Below, in pieces: positions 1-5,433 of a stretch of 5,433 bases of DNA (positions are counted from its first letter, which is position 1; each line of letters starts with the position of its first letter). The notes under the pieces are model-generated. The model searched no databases. It was given only the letters and a program-made list of their open reading frames with translations, and had not been told where the DNA came from. A program made the position numbers and the translations under genes. Source of the DNA: a virus (taxonomy: Duplodnaviria > Heunggongvirae > Uroviricota > Caudoviricetes); IMG/VR virus record IMGVR_UViG_2671180846_000002, one strand, 5' to 3'.

Positions 1-1946
<1,946 letters not shown>

Positions 1947-1966
<20 letters not shown>

Positions 1967-3079
1967 TCTCCCGCATATTGCCAGCATGGCTTTTAATGAG
2001 CCGCTGATGCTTGAACCCGCCTATGCGCGGGTTTTCTTTTGTGCGCTTGCAGGCCAGCTTGGGATCAGCCGCCTGACGGATGCAGTATCCGGCGACAGCC
2101 TGACTGCCGGAGAGGCACCCGCGGCGCTGGCGTTATCCGGTGATGATGACGGACCACGACAGGCCCGGAGTTATCAGGTCATGAACGGCATCGCCGTGCT
2201 GCCGGTGTCCGGTACGCTGGTCAGCCGGACGCGGGCGCTGCAGCCGTATTCGGGGATGACCGGTTACAACGGCATTATCGCCCGTCTGCAACAGGCTGCC
2301 AGCGACCCGATGGTGGACGGCATTCTGCTCGATATGGACACACCGGGCGGAATGGTGGCGGGAGCATTTGACTGTGCTGACATCATCGCCCGTGTGCGTG
2401 ACATAAAACCGGTATGGGCGCTGGCCAACGACATGAACTGCAGTGCAGGTCAGCTGCTTGCNNNNNNNNNNNNNNNNNNNNNNNNNNNNNNNNNNNNNNN
2501 NNNNNNNNNNNGATGTTTGCGCAGAAGGTGTCGGCATATACCGGCCTGTCCGTGCAGGCTGTGCTGGATACCGAGGCTGCAGTGTACAGCGGTCAGGAGG
2601 CCATTGATGCCGGACTGGCTGATGAACTTGTCAACAGCACCGATGCGATCACCGTTATGCGTGATGCACTGGATGCACGTAAATCCCGTCTCTCAGGAGG
2701 GCGAATGACCAAAGAGACTCAATCAACAACTGTTTCAGCCACTGCTTCGCAGGCTGACGTTACTGNNNNNNNNNNNNNNNNNNNNNNNNNNNNNNNNNNN
2801 NNNNNNNNNNNNNNNGCGGTTGCGGCAGAAAACAGCCGCATTATGGGGATCCTCAACTGTGAGGAGGCTCACGGACGCGAAGAACAGGCCCGCGTGCTGG
2901 CAGAAACCCCCGGTATGACCGTGGAAACGGCCCGCCGCATTCTGGCCGCAGCACCACAGAGTGCACAGGCGCGCAGTGATACTGCGCTGGATCGTCTGAT
3001 GCAGGGGGCACCGGCACCGCTGGCTGCAGGTAACCCGGCATCTGATGCCGTTAACGATTTGCTGAACACACCAGTGTAA
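1947..3079 (+). CDS. C: Prohead protease / minor capsid protein gpC (S49/ClpP-like serine peptidase), interrupted by two N gaps
   Basis: GTG start at 1947 preceded by GAGGAGG (1934-1940), overlapping the B 3' end by 20 nt as in lambda. Reads (V/M)TAELRNLPHIASMAFNEPLMLEPAYARVFF...NDMNCSAGQLLA up to the gap at 2462-2511, resumes MFAQKVSAYTGLSVQ...ASQADVT, second gap 2766-2815, then AVAAENSRIMGILNCEEAHGREEQARVLAETPGMTVETARRILAAAPQSAQARSDTALDRLMQGAPAPLAAGNPASDAVNDLLNTPV and stop TAA 3077-3079. The apparent frame changes from 0 to 2 across gap 1, so the Ns do not preserve true length. Confidence 0.85.
2462..2511. other. N-run (50 nt), sequence gap inside C
   Basis: 50 consecutive N. About 72 codons of C, including the Nu3 start, are expected here from the lambda C length; the reading frame differs on the two sides. 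Confidence 0.95.
2512..3079 (+). CDS. Nu3: Scaffolding protein gpNu3, nested in-frame in the 3' part of C; start codon falls inside the N gap
   Basis: In lambda, Nu3 is translated from an internal in-frame start in C and shares its stop. The visible sequence begins at MFAQKVSA directly after the gap; the expected Nu3 start (about 6 codons upstream by my recollection) is masked. Shares the C stop at 3077-3079. Confidence 0.6.
2766..2815. other. N-run (50 nt), sequence gap inside C/Nu3
   Basis: 50 consecutive N between ...ASQADVT and AVAAENS...; about 24 codons are expected from lambda. Confidence 0.95.
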
Positions 3080-3088
3080 GGGATGTTT

Positions 3089-3240
3089 ATGACGAGCAAA
3101 GAAACCTTTACCCATTACCAGCCGCTGGGCAACAGTGACCCGGCTCATACCGCAACCGCGCCCGGCGGATTGAGTGCGAAAGCGNNNNNNNNNNNNNNNN
3201 NNNNNNNNNNNNNNNNNNNNNNNNNNNNNNNNNNNNNNNN
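3089..3240 (+). CDS. D: Head decoration protein gpD, N-terminal 32 codons visible; remainder and stop lie in the N-run
   Basis: ATG at 3089 with AAGGGA Shine-Dalgarno (3078-3083). Product [32 protein letters not shown] matches the lambda gpD N-terminus. Lambda gpD is about 110 aa, so roughly 78 codons plus the stop are represented by only 56 Ns (3185-3240). The sequence after the gap is D-E intergenic. Confidence 0.8.
3185..3240. other. N-run (56 nt), sequence gap covering most of D and its stop
   Basis: 56 consecutive N. D codons 33 to about 110 plus the stop (about 235 nt expected) are replaced. Confidence 0.95.
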
Positions 3241-3253
3241 ACCCTTCATCACT

Positions 3254-3279
3254 AAAGGCCGCCTGTGCGGCTTTTTTTA
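3254..3279 (+). terminator. Intrinsic-terminator-like hairpin in the D-E intergenic region
   Basis: AAAG-GCCGC-ctgt-GCGGC followed by TTTTTTT (3272-3278): a 5-bp GC stem (3258-3262 with 3267-3271) and 4-nt loop, extendable by A:U and G:U pairs with the flanking A and T tracts. Lies 13 nt before a second T-run and the E start. Confidence 0.5.
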
Positions 3280-3291
3280 CGGGATTTTTTT

Positions 3292-4955
3292 ATGTCGATG
3301 TACACAACCGCCCAGCTGCTGGCGGCAAATGAGCAGAAATTTAAGTTTGATCCGCTGTTTCTGCGTCTCTTTTTCCGTGAGAGCTATCCCTTCACCACGG
3401 AGAAAGTCTATCTCTCACAAATTCCGGGACTGGTAAACATGGCGCTGTACGTTTCGCCGATTGTTTCCGGTGAGGTTATCCGCTCCCGTGGCGGCTCCAC
3501 CTCTGAATTTACGCCGGGATATGTCAAACCCAAGCATGAAGTGAATCCGCAGATGACCCTGCGTCGCCTGCCGGATGAAGATCCACAGAATCTGGCGGAC
3601 CCGGCTTACCGCCGCCGTCGCATCATCCTGCAGAACATGCGAGACGAAGAGCTGGCCATTGCTCAGGTCGAAGAGATGCAGGCAGTTTCTGCCGTGCTTA
3701 AGGGCAAATACACCATGACCGGTGANNNNNNNNNNNNNNNNNNNNNNNNNNNNNNNNNNNNNNNNNNNNNNNNNNCCGGCTTACCGCCGCCGTCGCATCA
3801 TCATGCAGAACATGCGTGACGAAGAGCTGGCCATTGCTCAGGTCGAAGAGATGCAGGCAGTTTCTGCCGTGCTCAAGGGCAAATACACCATGACCGGTGA
3901 AGCCTTCGATCCGGTTGAGGTGGATATGGGCCGCAGTGCGGCGAACAACATCACGCAGTCCGGCGGCACGGAGTGGAGCAAGCGTGACAAGTCCACGTAT
4001 GACCCGACCGACGATATCGAAGCCTACGCGCTGAACGCCAGCGGCGTGGTGAATATCATCGTGTTTGATCCGAAAGGATGGGCGCTGTTCCGTTCCTTCA
4101 AAGCCGTCAGGGATAAGCTGGATACCCGTCGCGGCTCTCATTCCGAGCTGGAGACAGCGGTAAAAGACCTGGGCAAAGCGGTGTCTTATAAGGGAATGTA
4201 TGGCGATGTGGCCATCGTCGTGTATTCCGGACAGTACGTGGAAAACGGCGTCAAAAAGAACTTCCTGCCGGACAACACGATGGTGCTGGGGAACACTCAG
4301 GCACGCGGTCTGCGTACCTATGGCTGTATTCAGGATGCGGACGCACAGCGCGAAGGCATTAACGCCTCTGCCCGTTACCCGAAAAACTGGGTGACNNNNN
4401 NNNNNNNNNNNNNNNNNNNNNNNNNNNNNNNNNNNNNNNNNNNNNCGTGACAAGTCCACGTATGACCCGACCGACGATATCGAAGCCTACGCGCTGAACG
4501 CCAGCGGTGTGGTGAATATCATCGTGTTTGATCCGAAAGGCTGGGCGCTGTTCCGTTCCTTCAAAGCCGTCAAGGAGAAGCTGGATACCCGTCGCGGCTC
4601 TCATTCCGAGCTGGAGACAGCGGTAAAAGACCTGGGCGAAGCGGTGTCCTATAAGGGGATGTATGGCGATACGGCGATCGTCGTGTATTCCGGACAGTAC
4701 GTGGAAAACGACGTCAAAAAGAACTTCCTTCCGGACAACACGATGGTGCTGGGGAACACTCAGGCACGCGGTCTGCGCACCTATGGCTGCATTCAGGATG
4801 CGGACGCACAGCGCGAAGGTATTAACGCCTCTGCCCGCTACCCGAAAAACTGGGTGACCACCGGCGATCCGGCGCGTGAGTTCACCATGATTCAGTCAGC
4901 ACCGCTGATGCTGCTGGCTGACCCTGATGCGTTCGTGTCCGTACAACTGGCGTAA
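3292..4955 (+). CDS. E: Major capsid protein gpE (HK97-fold), present as three overlapping fragments separated by N gaps
   Basis: Fragment 1 (3292-3725) reads MSMYTTAQLLAANEQKFKFDPLFLRLFFRESYPFTTEKVYLSQIPGLVNMALYVSPIVSGEV...KGKYTMTG. Fragment 2 (3776-4395) reads PAYRRRRIIMQNM...ARYPKNWV. Fragment 3 (4446-4955) reads RDKSTYDPTDD...TTGDPAREFTMIQSAPLMLLADPDAFVSVQLA with stop TAA 4953-4955. Collapsing the 125-nt and 413-nt overlaps gives 1026 nt, i.e. 341 codons plus stop, exactly the length of lambda gpE. Confidence 0.88.
3601..3900 (+). repeat. Overlapping near-identical copies of an E segment flanking an N gap (125 nt each)
   Basis: 3601-3725 and 3776-3900 align without indels and differ at 3 of 125 positions (CTG/ATG giving L/M, CGA/CGT and CTT/CTC synonymous). 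The copy offset is 175, which equals overlap plus the 50 Ns. Confidence 0.9.
3726..3775. other. N-run (50 nt) between overlapping E fragments 1 and 2
   Basis: 50 consecutive N. Flanking sequences overlap by 125 nt, so this is a negative (overlap) gap. Confidence 0.95.
3983..4858 (+). repeat. Overlapping near-identical copies of an E segment flanking an N gap (413 nt each)
   Basis: 3983-4395 and 4446-4858 align without indels and differ at 16 of 413 positions (about 96% identity), giving 5 amino-acid changes (R/K, D/E, K/E, V/T, G/D). The copy offset is 463, which equals overlap plus the 50 Ns. Confidence 0.9.
4396..4445. other. N-run (50 nt) between overlapping E fragments 2 and 3
   Basis: 50 consecutive N. 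Flanking sequences overlap by 413 nt, so this is a negative (overlap) gap. Confidence 0.95.
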
Positions 4956-4957
4956 TC

Positions 4958-4980
4958 ATGGCCCTTCGGGGCCATTTTCT
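4958..4980 (+). terminator. Stable UUCG-tetraloop hairpin immediately downstream of the E stop (E-FI intergenic)
   Basis: ATGGCCC-ttcg-GGGCCAT (4958-4975): a perfect 7-bp stem with a TTCG loop, followed by the T-rich tract TTTCTCTCT. Begins 3 nt after the E stop codon. Confidence 0.5.
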
Positions 4981-4996
4981 CTCTGTGGAGGAGTCC

Positions 4997-5392
4997 ATGA
5001 CGAAAGATGAACTGATTGCCCGTCTTCAGGTGCTGGGTGAGCAACTGAACCGTGATGTCAGCCTGACGGGGACGAAAGAAGAACTGGCACTCCGTGTGGC
5101 AGAGCTGGAAGAGGAGCTTGATGACACGGATGACGCTGCCGGTCAGGACACATCTGTCAGCCCGGAAAATGCGCTGACCGGACATGAAAATGAGGTTGTA
5201 TCAGCGCAGCCGGATACCGTGACTGATACGGCTGATCTGGTCACGGTTGTGGCACTGGTGACGCTGCATACTGATGCACTTCACGCCACGCGGGATGAGG
5301 CTGTGGCATTTGTGCTGCCGGGAACGGCGTTCCGTGTCTCTGCCGGTGTGGCAGCTGAAATGACAGAGCGCGGCCTGGCCAGAATGCAATAA
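4997..5392 (+). CDS. FI: DNA packaging / head assembly accessory protein gpFI
   Basis: ATG at 4997 preceded by GGAGGA (4987-4992). Product MTKDELIARLQVLGEQLNRDVSLTGTKEELALRVAELEEELDDTDDAAGQD...VAFVLPGTAFRVSAGVAAEMTERGLARMQ resembles lambda gpFI, with a conserved N-terminal helix and C-terminal domain and a variable acidic linker. Stop TAA 5390-5392. The track ORF from 4958 is an upstream in-frame extension. Confidence 0.82.
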   Translation: MTKDELIARLQVLGEQLNRDVSLTGTKEELALRVAELEEELDDTDDAAGQDTSVSPENALTGHENEVVSAQPDTVTDTADLVTVVALVTLHTDALHATRDEAVAFVLPGTAFRVSAGVAAEMTERGLARMQ

Positions 5393-5403
5393 CGGGAGGC
5401 GCT

Positions 5404-5433
5404 GTGGCTGATTTCGATAACCTGTTCGATGCT
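5404..5433 (+). CDS. FII: Head-tail connector gpFII, first 10 codons (3' end outside the window)
   Basis: GTG at 5404 preceded by GGGAGG (5394-5399). Translation (M)ADFDNLFDA matches the lambda gpFII N-terminus as I recall it. Position immediately after FI. Confidence 0.65.
   Translation, partial: MADFDNLFDA

Noticed and set aside
3265-3291. E start at the upstream ATG 3265 (track ORF MRLFLRDFFMSMY...)
   Set aside because: That ATG lies inside the intergenic hairpin and T-tract. The lambda gpE N-terminus is MSMYTTAQLL, which corresponds to the ATG at 3292.
2462-4445. Regularly sized N-runs as a CRISPR-like or other periodic array
   Set aside because: The runs are unknown bases, not repeats. 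Their spacing is irregular and the flanking sequences are phage coding sequence, with no direct repeats.
3698-4459. 253-aa minus-strand ORF (also 4359-4604 minus)
   Set aside because: It is entirely antisense to the major capsid gene E, spans an N-run, and its repeated content only mirrors the duplicated E fragments. This is a typical spurious antisense ORF in GC-rich coding sequence.
3601-4858. Real tandem duplication of E, or a diversity-generating (template/variable repeat) system
   Set aside because: The copy offsets equal overlap plus 50 N exactly, and collapsing the overlaps restores a 341-codon E, which points to contig tiling. The differences are mostly third-position transitions, not adenine-specific as in diversity-generating retroelements, and no reverse transcriptase is nearby.

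Overview
This window is the head-morphogenesis block of a lambda-like (lambdoid) phage or prophage, all on the + strand in canonical lambda order: 3' end of terminase large subunit (A), W, B (portal), C with nested Nu3 (prohead protease/scaffold), D (decoration), E (major capsid), FI, and the first codons of FII. Gene identities rest on my recollection of lambda protein sequences, not on any search. I see no inserted cargo (moron) genes and no evidence of a previously undescribed system; this is one of the best-characterised gene modules known. The unusual aspects are technical: five N-runs (50, 50, 56, 50, 50 nt) interrupt C/Nu3, D and E. The first three stand in for longer missing sequence, and the last two are flanked by overlapping, non-identical copies of E segments (125 nt and 413 nt). 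That pattern is best explained by contigs from two or more near-identical lambdoid prophages tiled with fixed N spacers, not by a real duplication. Two GC-rich hairpins sit directly after D and after E. Minus-strand ORFs in the track are antisense to these genes and are not credible.
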